Positions 27,831-36,773 of a DNA stretch of 64,000 nt are shown piece after piece. Where the stretch lies: assembly GCA_041690595.1 (NCBI GenBank), contig JAWLHB010000022.1, forward strand, positions 62,001-126,000. Reading direction: 5' to 3'. The first letter of the stretch is position 1. Each line of letters begins with the position of its first letter. Made by a program: the position numbers and the translations under genes. The stretch comes from Lentisphaeria bacterium (lineage in GTDB: Bacteria; Verrucomicrobiota; Lentisphaeria; JABSQK01; JAWLHB01). The notes beneath the pieces were generated by a model. That model had not been told where the DNA came from. It was given only the letters and a program-made list of their open reading frames with translations, and made no database searches.

Positions 27831-30548
27831 ATGGCAGAAAAGTACGTCTACTTCTTTGGCGGGGGAAAAGCCGAAGGGAAAGCCGACATGAAGAACTTGC
27901 TGGGCGGTAAAGGTGCAAACCTTGCCGAAATGGCCACACTTGGCCTGCCCGTACCAGCTGGTTTCACGATCACCACCGAGTACTGCACCGTCTTCAACGC
28001 GCTGCTCGCCAAGGGCGAGGATCCCTATACACCCGCGCTTCGTGCCGCGGTGGACAAGGCGATCAAGGAATGCGAAGATGTGATGGGCATGAAGTACGGC
28101 GATCCCGAAAACCCCCTGCTCATGTCTGGCCGTTCCGGCGCTCGCATGTCCATGCCCGGGATGATGGAGACCGTACTCAATGTCGGCCTGTGCAGCAGCA
28201 CGATCCCCGGCCTCATCAAGAAGACCAACAACGAGCGCTTCGTTTACGATGCGTATCGCCGCCTGATCACCATGTACGCCGACGTCGTCATGGAGAAGGC
28301 GGAAGGTGTTGAGCCCGGCCCGCATGGCGGCATCCGCCACCAGCTGGAAGAGCTGCTCGACGCGTGCAAGGAAAAGAATGGCTACGAGAGCGACACCGAT
28401 CTCAAGGCCGCCGATCTGAAGACCCTGTGCGACAAGTACAAGGCCAAGGTCAAGGAAGTGCTCGGCGTTGAATTCCCCGACGATCCCATGGCACAGCTTT
28501 ACGGCTCCATCGGCGCCGTCTTCAAGAGCTGGAATGGCAAGCGGGCGATCTCTTACCGTCGCATCGAGAACATTCCGGACGAATGGGGAACCGCCGTCAA
28601 CGTCCAGTCGATGGTCTTCGGCAACATGGGTGACAGCTCCGCCACCGGCGTGGCGTTCACCCGTAATCCCGCCACCGGCGAGAACAAGTTCTACGGCGAA
28701 TGGCTGGTCAATGCTCAAGGCGAAGACGTGGTCGCGGGTATCCGTACCCCGAGCCCCATCAACAACGCCACCAAGAACGACCAGAACCGTCACCTGATGT
28801 CGCTGGAAGAGCAGTATCCGGTTCTCTACAAGGAACTCCACGACATTCGCAATCGCCTCGAGGCGCACTACAAGGACATGCAGGACCTGGAATTCACCAT
28901 CCAGGAAGGCACCCTTTACATGCTGCAGACGCGCAGTGGCAAGCGTACCGGTACCGCGGCCCTCAATATGGCCATGGACATGCTCGAAGAAGGCATGATT
29001 ACCGACGACGTCGCCGTCATGCGCCTCAAGCCCGCGCAGATGGACGAGCTGCTCCATCCCCTCGTCGATCCCGCCGCGGAAGCCAAGATCGAGCCCATTG
29101 CCAAGGGACTGCCCGCGGGTCCTGGCGGCGCTGCCGGCAAGGTCGTCTTCACCGCTGACGACGCTGTCGCCTGGGTCAAGAAGGGCGAAACCGTTATCCT
29201 GGTGCGTGACGAGACGAATCCGGAAGACGTGGAAGGCATGCGCGCAGCCGAAGGCATTCTGACGGCACGCGGCGGCATGACCTCTCATGCTGCGCTCGTC
29301 TGTCGCGGCTGGGGCAAGTGCTGCATCGTCGGCGCCGGCGCACTGAAGATCAATGCGCGGAACAAGACGATGATCGTCGGCGGCAAGACCTACCAGGAAG
29401 GTGATGTCATCACCCTCAATGGTACGCGTGGTCTGGTCTATGCCGGCGCGATGGCCATGATCGACGCCACCGAGAATCCCCGCCTGAAGGGCTTCATGCA
29501 ACTGGTGGACAAGCACCGCACGATGGGCGTCCGCACCAACGCGGATACGCCTGCCGACGCGCAGCTCGCACGTGACTTCGGCGCTGAAGGCATCGGCCTC
29601 TTCCGTACTGAACACATGTTCTACGGTGAAGGCAGTGACGCAGCCCTCTTCGCCCTTCGCAAGATGATCATGAGCGACACCAAGGAGTCCCGCAAGGTCG
29701 CGGTTGACGAACTCGGCCCTCATGTCAAGAAGGACGTCAAGGCGACGATGAAGGCGATGGCGCCGTACCCCGTCACCTTCCGTCTGCTCGATCCCCCGCT
29801 GCATGAGTTCGTGCCGCAGGATCCGCAGAACCAGCAGGAACTGGCCGAAGCACTCGGCATCTCCGTGGCCGACGTCGTCAAGCGCGGCCAGGCGCTGCAT
29901 GAGACGAACCCGATGATGGGCCACCGCGGCGTTCGCCTCGGCATCACCTATCCGGAAGTCTCCGAGATGCAGTTCCGCGCCATCATCGAGGCCGCCAAGG
30001 AATTGCGCGCCGAAGGTGTCGATGCGAAGCCGGAAGTCATGGTGCCGGTCACCTGCTCCGTCAACGAGTTGAAGGTCACCAAGAAGATCTACGATCGGGT
30101 CATTGCCGAAATTGGCATCGACTTCCCGGTTCCCTACGGAACGATGATCGAGATCCCACGTGCGGCGCTGCTGGCCAACGAAATGGCCGAGGAAGCCGAG
30201 TTCTTCTCCTTCGGAACCAATGACCTGACCCAGATGACCTACGGGTTCAGCCGCGACGATATCGGCGGCTTCCTGCAGGATTACCTGGATCAGGGCATTC
30301 TCAAGGACGATCCCTTCCAGACCATCGACCAGCCTGGTGTTGGCGAGCTGATCAAGACCTGCGTCGAGAGAGGCCGTGCCACCAAGCCCAAGCTGAAGGT
30401 CGGCATCTGCGGCGAACAGGGCGGCGATCCCGAATCCGTCGAGTTCCTCTTCGGCGTCGGGCTCAACTACGTGAGCTGCTCACCGTACCGGGTGCCGATT
30501 GCGCGCCTGGCCGCGGCACAGTCCGCCCTGAAGGCGAAGAAGAAGTAA
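27831..30548 (+). CDS. ppdK: Pyruvate, phosphate dikinase
   Basis: LLGGKGANLAEM, GGMTSHAA (phospho-His), GIGLFRTEHMF, FSFGTNDLTQ, GICGEQGG. Confidence 0.98.
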   Translation: MAEKYVYFFGGGKAEGKADMKNLLGGKGANLAEMATLGLPVPAGFTITTEYCTVFNALLAKGEDPYTPALRAAVDKAIKECEDVMGMKYGDPENPLLMSGRSGARMSMPGMMETVLNVGLCSSTIPGLIKKTNNERFVYDAYRRLITMYADVVMEKAEGVEPGPHGGIRHQLEELLDACKEKNGYESDTDLKAADLKTLCDKYKAKVKEVLGVEFPDDPMAQLYGSIGAVFKSWNGKRAISYRRIENIPDEWGTAVNVQSMVFGNMGDSSATGVAFTRNPATGENKFYGEWLVNAQGEDVVAGIRTPSPINNATKNDQNRHLMSLEEQYPVLYKELHDIRNRLEAHYKDMQDLEFTIQEGTLYMLQTRSGKRTGTAALNMAMDMLEEGMITDDVAVMRLKPAQMDELLHPLVDPAAEAKIEPIAKGLPAGPGGAAGKVVFTADDAVAWVKKGETVILVRDETNPEDVEGMRAAEGILTARGGMTSHAALVCRGWGKCCIVGAGALKINARNKTMIVGGKTYQEGDVITLNGTRGLVYAGAMAMIDATENPRLKGFMQLVDKHRTMGVRTNADTPADAQLARDFGAEGIGLFRTEHMFYGEGSDAALFALRKMIMSDTKESRKVAVDELGPHVKKDVKATMKAMAPYPVTFRLLDPPLHEFVPQDPQNQQELAEALGISVADVVKRGQALHETNPMMGHRGVRLGITYPEVSEMQFRAIIEAAKELRAEGVDAKPEVMVPVTCSVNELKVTKKIYDRVIAEIGIDFPVPYGTMIEIPRAALLANEMAEEAEFFSFGTNDLTQMTYGFSRDDIGGFLQDYLDQGILKDDPFQTIDQPGVGELIKTCVERGRATKPKLKVGICGEQGGDPESVEFLFGVGLNYVSCSPYRVPIARLAAAQSALKAKKK

Positions 30549-30577
30549 GACTGACTGTCCAGAGTCAGTAGTTTGTT

Positions 30578-30618
30578 ACGCCCCCGGTGGTCACGAATCA
30601 CCGGGGGCGTTCTTTATT
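30578..30618 (+). terminator. Rho-independent terminator of ppdK
   Basis: Stem ACGCCCCCGGTG / CACCGGGGGCGT then TCTTTATT. Confidence 0.8.
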
Positions 30619-30671
30619 GGGCTGGGAGGCTGGCTGCATTGAGCGCGATGAGGGTAATCGCAAACTTGCGG

Positions 30672-30700
30672 TTGACAAGCAGTTGATGGCTCCCTACCTT
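30672..30700 (+). promoter_or_regulatory. Putative sigma-70 promoter
   Basis: TTGACA-N17-TACCTT upstream of 30760. Confidence 0.6.
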
Positions 30701-30759
30701 AGGCCAAGCTAATAAGGTATATGGTTAGCAGGATTCAATTCAACAGATGGAGGTAAGGG

Positions 30760-31539
30760 ATGGCAGTAGAACGGGGTACCCCGGAAAAAGAGGATGCCGC
30801 AACCGCGGCACGCATCGACAAGCTGGAGGCGGTGCTCAGGGAGAATGAATCGCTGCGCACCAAGACACGCGTCTTCTCGCTGGTGGGGATTCTCGCGCTT
30901 GTGGTGATCCTCAGCGTCTTTGCATTGCGCCTCGCCTCGCACCTCAAGTCGTCGTACGTGGACGCGATCGAGGAGAACCCAGAAGTCTTCATGAAGACCT
31001 TTGTTTACGACACGAACCTGCACCACCTGGTGGCGTCGGAGGCGGAAGCCGCGCTTATCGACCTGCAGAAGAATGCCCTGAAGAACTACAGCCGTGCCCT
31101 CATGGAGAATCTGGAAGCCTCCATGCCGGAAATCGAAGCGCAGGCTAGAAAGATCAGCGACGACATGCTGGCCTATACCCAGGAAGATATCGCCGAACGC
31201 ATGAAAGTTGCCTTGACCGCAAGTCTGGAGCAGGCGATGACCGATCTGGCCAAGAAGTACCCACAGGTTGGAGACGCGGATCTCGAGAAGCACTACGAGG
31301 CCGCCAAGAACCACTTCATCGTGCGGTTGACCGATGCCATCGAGGAACGTTATGCGAATGTCGAAGATAGCCTGAAAGGTATTGATGATACGGTGAAGGA
31401 GATTGGCAAGGGCCCCGGCTCTGAAGAGCTCAATAAGCTTTCACAGGAAGAGGTCGCCTCGCTCTTTCTCGACGCCATCATCGATGTGATTATCCATGAA
31501 CTTCGTCCCGAAATGGGCGCACAGCCCGTGATGCAGTAA
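30760..31539 (+). CDS. Hypothetical single-TM, acidic alpha-helical protein
   Basis: GGAGGT RBS; short coiled-coil, one TM segment, long amphipathic helical region. Confidence 0.75.
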   Translation: MAVERGTPEKEDAATAARIDKLEAVLRENESLRTKTRVFSLVGILALVVILSVFALRLASHLKSSYVDAIEENPEVFMKTFVYDTNLHHLVASEAEAALIDLQKNALKNYSRALMENLEASMPEIEAQARKISDDMLAYTQEDIAERMKVALTASLEQAMTDLAKKYPQVGDADLEKHYEAAKNHFIVRLTDAIEERYANVEDSLKGIDDTVKEIGKGPGSEELNKLSQEEVASLFLDAIIDVIIHELRPEMGAQPVMQ

Positions 31540-31551
31540 AGGAGGTGCCCC

Positions 31552-32331
31552 ATGAGCAATACTACCACTGACGGCAAGATATCCACGCTCGAAAACCTTA
31601 TCGTCGAGCAGAATCGCAAGCTGCACCGCAGCGTCAAGCTGACGATGATCATCTATATCGTGTTTATCATTGCCATGCTTGCCTATACCACGATCATCGG
31701 CACCATGCTCCAGGAAGCCACTTCTCCCAAGGCCATGGCCGAACAGGTCAGCGGTCTGGCGAGTGCGCACCTTCCGCAGATGCGTCGGCAACTGGTCACT
31801 CGTATCGACAACGATGCCGAGCAGCTGGCCAAGGATACCGTGACGTTCATGATTGCGCAGATTCCTGAGATCGAGAAACGGTTGAAGTCCGCCTTGCGCG
31901 ACAAGGCGAATGAGGCAGCCAAAGAGCTGGAGACAACCTCCTACGAGACCTTCATGGCCTTTGTCGGGGAGCATGCGGAGGAGGTCAAGACTCAGCTTGA
32001 CGGTGTACCTGCCGACCAGGCTGCCATTGCCATCGCTGACATCTTCATCGAGCAGATCGAGAGCGAGTTGGATCTCTTCATGAACGATCAGCTTGTCTTC
32101 TCCCTGGACGAACTGCGCGACAATCTTGCCAAGCTGGCGGCCCCATCCGAGCAACTGACCCAGGCAGAGGATGCGAAGCGTCGCGTCATCATGTACTGGG
32201 CATGGCTCAACGAGAAGGGCGAGATGGGGGAATCGACGATGGAGGTACTCCTCGAACAGATCCGTTCCCGGTACAGCTGGTTCCATATCCCGGAAGAGCT
32301 TACCCAGGAACTGGACGTCGATATGGAGTAA
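31552..32331 (+). CDS. Hypothetical single-TM, acidic alpha-helical protein
   Basis: AAGGAGGT RBS; same architecture and length (259 aa) as the upstream gene. Confidence 0.75.
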   Translation: MSNTTTDGKISTLENLIVEQNRKLHRSVKLTMIIYIVFIIAMLAYTTIIGTMLQEATSPKAMAEQVSGLASAHLPQMRRQLVTRIDNDAEQLAKDTVTFMIAQIPEIEKRLKSALRDKANEAAKELETTSYETFMAFVGEHAEEVKTQLDGVPADQAAIAIADIFIEQIESELDLFMNDQLVFSLDELRDNLAKLAAPSEQLTQAEDAKRRVIMYWAWLNEKGEMGESTMEVLLEQIRSRYSWFHIPEELTQELDVDME

Positions 32332-32355
32332 GCATTTGGCCGACTGAATCAATCG

Positions 32356-32393
32356 AGCCCCCGTCGCGCCTACCGGCATGACGGGGGCTTTTT
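32356..32393 (+). terminator. Rho-independent terminator
   Basis: AGCCCCCGTC / GACGGGGGCT stem followed by a T-run, between convergent genes. Confidence 0.8.
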
Positions 32394-32410
32394 CGTTTCC
32401 GCCCGAATGA

Positions 32411-33490
32411 CTACTTGCGCATGATGTAGTAGTAGTTCATGGGGTCATGCTCCAATTCCAGCACCTCGATCCGGTGGAAGCCGGCCGTGCGGATCATCTC
32501 CGTCGCCAGCTCGCGGCCCCACATTGCACCCAGGCCCACACCGCCCTGACCGAGCGAGACACTCATGCAATGCATGCATGAGATGCTGTAGAGGAAGGCC
32601 GCGAGCGGGTTCTCGAGATTCGCCTCCAATTTGCTGGAACCGGCGATATCCTGCATCAGGTAGATGCCGTTCGGGCGCAGGGCGCGATGTATGTTGGCCA
32701 GCACGGCCGCGGGCTGCCCCTGATCGTGGATGGCATCGAAGGTGAAGATGCAATCGTATGCCGCCTCTACCTCCAGCTTTGACACATCGAGCTGCTCGAA
32801 ACGCACATTGCGCAGACCACGACGCTGAGCTTCGGCGGTGGCCATGGCCACGGTCTCCGCGCAGTAGTCGTAGCCCACGTAGCGGCTTTGAGGGAAGCTC
32901 TCCGCCATCTGCATCAGCGCCTTGCCTTCACCGCAGCCGATATCGGCGACATCGATCCCCGCCATCAGCCGCGCCTCCAGCCCATCCGCCAGTGGCAGGA
33001 TATGCTCGAGCAGTGGCTTCACAACGCTCTGGTAGCTTTCCTCGGCCATGACATCGTGGAAACGATGATAGTCACTGTACGATGCCCCGCCACCCTGCTG
33101 GAAGCACTCCACCAGTCTATCCTCCGCGGAACCCAGAACCGCCATCCATTGCGAAGGTACCGCCAGGTTGGGGGAGCTCCCAGCGCGCGTTAACCATTGC
33201 GCATGCTCCGCCGGAAGGGTGAAACGCCGGCTCTCTGGTTCATACGTGACAATACCGCCGCAGGCCATCGCCGACAGCCACTCGCGAACGTACCGCTCGT
33301 TCAAGCCGCTCCGTTCGGCAATCTCCTCACAGCTCGCCGGTGCCGCATCGGACATGGAGTCGAACAGGCCGGTTCGGTGACCAAGGGACGTCATCAGCAA
33401 GAGGGAGCCATTGGCCAGACTCTCCATCATCTTCTCGGCGAACGCATCCGCCTTGGCCATATCGATTTCGGGTAAGCATTTCATACACAT
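32411..33490 (-). CDS. Class I SAM-dependent methyltransferase with N-terminal winged helix (Rv2258c-like)
   Basis: LGHRTGLFD, GLNERYVREWL, ADIGCGEG, FDAIHDQGQP, GLGAMWG. Confidence 0.88.
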   Translation of the reverse strand: MCMKCLPEIDMAKADAFAEKMMESLANGSLLLMTSLGHRTGLFDSMSDAAPASCEEIAERSGLNERYVREWLSAMACGGIVTYEPESRRFTLPAEHAQWLTRAGSSPNLAVPSQWMAVLGSAEDRLVECFQQGGGASYSDYHRFHDVMAEESYQSVVKPLLEHILPLADGLEARLMAGIDVADIGCGEGKALMQMAESFPQSRYVGYDYCAETVAMATAEAQRRGLRNVRFEQLDVSKLEVEAAYDCIFTFDAIHDQGQPAAVLANIHRALRPNGIYLMQDIAGSSKLEANLENPLAAFLYSISCMHCMSVSLGQGGVGLGAMWGRELATEMIRTAGFHRIEVLELEHDPMNYYYIMRK

Positions 33491-33536
33491 GGGTCTATCT
33501 CCTCATCTCGATCAGGGTAAAATGCCGATTGGTGCT

Positions 33537-33550
33537 GAACCGATCGGTCT
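33537..33550. promoter_or_regulatory. Candidate TetR operator upstream of the methyltransferase
   Basis: GAACCGATCGGTCT (ACC-N4-GGTC), similar to the site at 34215-34231. Confidence 0.55.
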
Positions 33551-33567
33551 TATAGAGTGATGGCGCC

Positions 33568-34197
33568 TTAAGCGGGCGTCCTGGATTCTGCCTGAACCTC
33601 CATCAGGCTGATGAGTTTCTGAAGCAACTTCAGGGCCTGCTTCATTGGCCAGATGGCATGATAGTGCTGACAACCGGTAATGCCGCCCCAGACGATCAGG
33701 TAATACTCGTCCGCAAGTTCTTGCGGATCCAGATGGCCATACGCTTCCGGGACCGAGCGAAGCAGATCCTCCGACAGATCCCGCGCGATCGCGCGAAATG
33801 CATCGGCATGAAACTTCACTTCCTTGCGCATCGGTGCCTGAGGGTCAGGTATTTCTGCCGCCATGTTACTGAACATGCATCCCCGGAACGCATCCTCCTC
33901 CAGCCACGGTATCAAGGCCTTCGCTGGAGCCAGAAAGCGCTCACGCGCATCCGGCGCGACATCGATAGCTGCCTTCACGATGGCCTGAGCTTGCCGGTCC
34001 TGCTCTCGAAGATAACAGAGCCCCAGAATCTCCTTCGACTTGTAGTGGGCATAGAAGGTCGCCTTGGAGACACCTGCTTCATCGATGATCTGCTGCACGC
34101 CCGTCGGGTGATATCCCTGGCGGTAGAACAGGTCGCAGGCCACCTTCAGAATATGATCGCGGGCCTTCCCGCGAGGAGTGTGAGTTGCTGTTTTCAT
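33568..34197 (-). CDS. TetR/AcrR-family regulator (NemR/LmrA-like)
   Basis: RDHILKVACDLFYRQGY...AGVSKATFYAHYKSKE HTH; FRGCMFSN C-terminal motif; start 34197 preferred over 34203 from promoter geometry. Confidence 0.92.
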   Translation of the reverse strand: MKTATHTPRGKARDHILKVACDLFYRQGYHPTGVQQIIDEAGVSKATFYAHYKSKEILGLCYLREQDRQAQAIVKAAIDVAPDARERFLAPAKALIPWLEEDAFRGCMFSNMAAEIPDPQAPMRKEVKFHADAFRAIARDLSEDLLRSVPEAYGHLDPQELADEYYLIVWGGITGCQHYHAIWPMKQALKLLQKLISLMEVQAESRTPA

Positions 34198-34203
34198 ACC
34201 CAT

Positions 34204-34233
34204 AACCTACTATCAGACCGACCGGTCGGTCAA
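34204..34233 (-). promoter_or_regulatory. tetR promoter overlapped by a perfect 16-bp palindromic operator
   Basis: TTGACC (34233-34228)-N18-TAGGTT (34209-34204); palindrome GACCGACCGGTCGGTC at 34216-34231. Confidence 0.7.
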
Positions 34234-34365
34234 TATGAAGGAAAACGAATTTATTAATGGACCCAATTGTTCCGCGCGCACCGCGGGGATTGAAATGCGA
34301 CCAGATTGGTCGTATTTTATGGGTCTCACTCTCACCATTGTGAACTTCATCGGAGATCCTGCATC

Positions 34366-34791
34366 ATGTATCCAGAAGAGATTGTCGCCCCCATGAGGGA
34401 AGAAGCTGAAACCATCGGCTGCACCCAACTGCGCTCCGCCGCGGAAGTGGAAGCTGCGCTTGGGCAAGAATCCGGAACGGCATTCGTGCTGGTAAACAGT
34501 GTTTGCGGCTGCGCGGCAGCAAATGCCCGTCCTGGTCTGCGCCTGGCGCTTGAACATGGTGACCACAAGCCCGAGCGCCTCTACACAGTCTTTGCGGGAC
34601 AGGACAGTGAGGCTGTTCAGGCCGCCCGCCGCCATTTCGCGGGATATCCGCCGTCGTCGCCCTCCATGGCGTTGCTCAAGGACGGTCATGTCGTGGCCAT
34701 GCTTCAGCGCCTGGATATCGAGGGCTATTCCGCCCAACAGGTGGCCATGAAGCTGATCGAAGCGTTCAACGAGCATTGCAGCGCCGACTAG
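34366..34791 (+). CDS. BrxA/BrxB-family bacilliredoxin
   Basis: MYPEEIVAPMREE, VNSVCGCAAANARPG (CGC motif), TVFAGQD, PPSSPSMALLKDG; start moved to ATG 34366. Confidence 0.92.
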   Translation: MYPEEIVAPMREEAETIGCTQLRSAAEVEAALGQESGTAFVLVNSVCGCAAANARPGLRLALEHGDHKPERLYTVFAGQDSEAVQAARRHFAGYPPSSPSMALLKDGHVVAMLQRLDIEGYSAQQVAMKLIEAFNEHCSAD

Positions 34792-34875
34792 GCTGGTTTG
34801 CCGTGGGAGCTGTTTTTATTCTATAGTGATGGCATGCAGGAATGGCGGCGAACGTGCGCCATCTGGAGGTGAACC

Positions 34876-35184
34876 ATGATTGAAGACAAGACCAGTATGG
34901 ATGAAAACGAGATCAACTTGGCCCTTGCTCGTCTCGATGGCTGGGAGCGGGATGGTGTATCCATCCGTAAAGCTTTCGTATTCGAGAACTTCAAGGAGAT
35001 CAACCGCTTTCTGCCCTACTTCACGAAGACCATTGTAGCGCTCAATCACCACCCGGATTTCGCCTTTGAAGGAGGGAAGAAGACGGTGCTGGTAACTACC
35101 ACCACCCACAGTGCCGGAGGCCTTACGCGCGCGGACTTCGATCTGGCAACCGCGTTGAATGCCTGGAAGGAAATGAGTTCCTGA
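34876..35184 (+). CDS. Pterin-4-alpha-carbinolamine dehydratase family protein
   Basis: LDGW, F.FENF, NHHPD, TTHSAGGLT..DFDLA. Confidence 0.88.
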   Translation: MIEDKTSMDENEINLALARLDGWERDGVSIRKAFVFENFKEINRFLPYFTKTIVALNHHPDFAFEGGKKTVLVTTTTHSAGGLTRADFDLATALNAWKEMSS

Positions 35185-35286
35185 AACGCCTGGCGCCCTG
35201 GCGCCCCTCACAATCCCCGACCCGACGCGGGCTGCGCATGGCTGGCCCACCCTCAGCCGTGTGTCCCCACTTGAGCCCGCGTTCAT

Positions 35287-35329
35287 ATGGCGCTGCCGGC
35301 CCCGCATCCGGCGGCGCCATTCTTCTATT
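35287..35329. terminator. Terminator-like hairpin between convergent genes
   Basis: ATGGCGCTGCCGG / CCGGCGGCGCCAT stem then TCTTCTATT. Confidence 0.6.
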
Positions 35330-35348
35330 CGCCTGAAAGGTTGGGCCG

Positions 35349-36746
35349 TTACTTGTCTGCTTCGGTCACAGTGCCCAGCTTGAGGAGGCGGTACTGGAGC
35401 GTCGAGCGTGGCATGCCGAGCAACTCCGCGGCACGCGCCAGATTGCCGCCCGCCCTGTGCAGCGCCCAGTCCACCGCCGTGGCTTCCACGGTCTGCAGCA
35501 GGTGCTGGAGGTCGATCTGCTCCTGCTGATCGAGATGAACGTCGACCAGTGGGTCTTCATGTGGAGCAGGATCCAGCGGCGGCAGATCGTCGGATTCAAT
35601 GGCATCACCGTTATTCAAGACCATTGCCTGTTCGATGACATGTTCCAGCTCACGCACATTGCCGGGCCAGTGATAGGTCTGCATGCGCCGCAGCGCATCC
35701 GCGCTCAGTTCCGGCGCATCACGTCCCTGCCGGCGGGCAAAGCGAGCCAGGAAATGCGTAGTCAGCGGCAGAATGTCCTCGATGCGCTCGCGTAACGGCG
35801 GCAAATAGATCGGGATGACGCTGAGCCGGTAATACACGTCTTCACGAAAATTCTTCTCCTGAACCAGTTCCCGCAGATTTCGTTTGGTAGCGGCAATGAG
35901 GCGAATGTTCACGGGGATTGGTTCAGCGCCGCCCACCCGCTCAATGTGGTATTCCTGCAGCACGCGCAGGAGTTTCACCTGGATATGCAGGGGGATGTCG
36001 TCGATGTCGTCCAGGAAGAGGGTGCCGCCATTTGCCAGTTCAAATCGGCCATGGCGGCGCTTGTTTGCACCTGTAAAGGCACCCGCTTCATGACCGAACA
36101 GCTCCGCCTCGACCAGCGCCTCCGGAAGGGCTGCGCACGAGACGGCCACAAAGGGGCCCTTGGCGCGATGGCTGCACTCGTGAATCAGCCGAGCAACGAC
36201 CTCCTTGCCGGTGCCGGAGCGTCCTTCGATCAGAACCGTGCTGTCGCTGTTCGCCACCGCATGGATCTTGCGCTTGATGCCGCGGATCGATTCGGAATGA
36301 CCCACCAGCTGGACATTGGACTTCACCGCCGCCAATTGCTCACGCAGCACCTGGTTCTCGCGTTCCAGCCCCGTGTAGCGGCGCACCCGGTCGAGCTTCA
36401 GTACCAGCTCCTCCGCGCTGAAGGGCTTCTGCATGTAATCGAACGCCCCCAGCTTCATCGCTTCCACGGCCGACTCCACCGAGCCATGGGCGGTCATCAC
36501 CATCACCGCCTGATTGGCCTTCTGTTCGCGTAGTTGGCGCAGGAAGGTGATGCCATCCATCCCCGGCATGCGAATGTCCGTGATGATGACATCGTAATTG
36601 CGCCGCGGCAAGTAGCTCAGCGCTTCAGCCGGATTGCCGGCCAGGTCAACGCGATAGCCGGCGTCTTCAAGTGCGTCACGCAAGACTTCGCACTTGATCG
36701 GCTCGTCATCCACGATCAACAGGGATGGGCGGTCGTCCTTCGGCAT
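35349..36746 (-). CDS. Sigma-54-dependent NtrC-family response regulator
   Basis: Receiver (IVDDE, TDIRMPGMDG), Walker A GRSGTGKE, GAFTGA, Walker B LFLDDI, WPGNVREL, Fis-type HTH. Confidence 0.96.
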   Translation of the reverse strand: MPKDDRPSLLIVDDEPIKCEVLRDALEDAGYRVDLAGNPAEALSYLPRRNYDVIITDIRMPGMDGITFLRQLREQKANQAVMVMTAHGSVESAVEAMKLGAFDYMQKPFSAEELVLKLDRVRRYTGLERENQVLREQLAAVKSNVQLVGHSESIRGIKRKIHAVANSDSTVLIEGRSGTGKEVVARLIHECSHRAKGPFVAVSCAALPEALVEAELFGHEAGAFTGANKRRHGRFELANGGTLFLDDIDDIPLHIQVKLLRVLQEYHIERVGGAEPIPVNIRLIAATKRNLRELVQEKNFREDVYYRLSVIPIYLPPLRERIEDILPLTTHFLARFARRQGRDAPELSADALRRMQTYHWPGNVRELEHVIEQAMVLNNGDAIESDDLPPLDPAPHEDPLVDVHLDQQEQIDLQHLLQTVEATAVDWALHRAGGNLARAAELLGMPRSTLQYRLLKLGTVTEADK

Positions 36747-36773
36747 AATGGCTCCTCGGCAGCAAAAGTAAGG

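Noticed and set aside
27810..29924. 704-aa minus-strand ORF
   Set aside because: Antisense shadow of ppdK; long shadow ORFs are expected at high GC with biased codon usage
32411..33490. Arsenite methyltransferase ArsM
   Set aside because: Cys-rich, but the architecture is winged helix + methyltransferase (Rv2258c-like) and I cannot place ArsM-type Cys motifs
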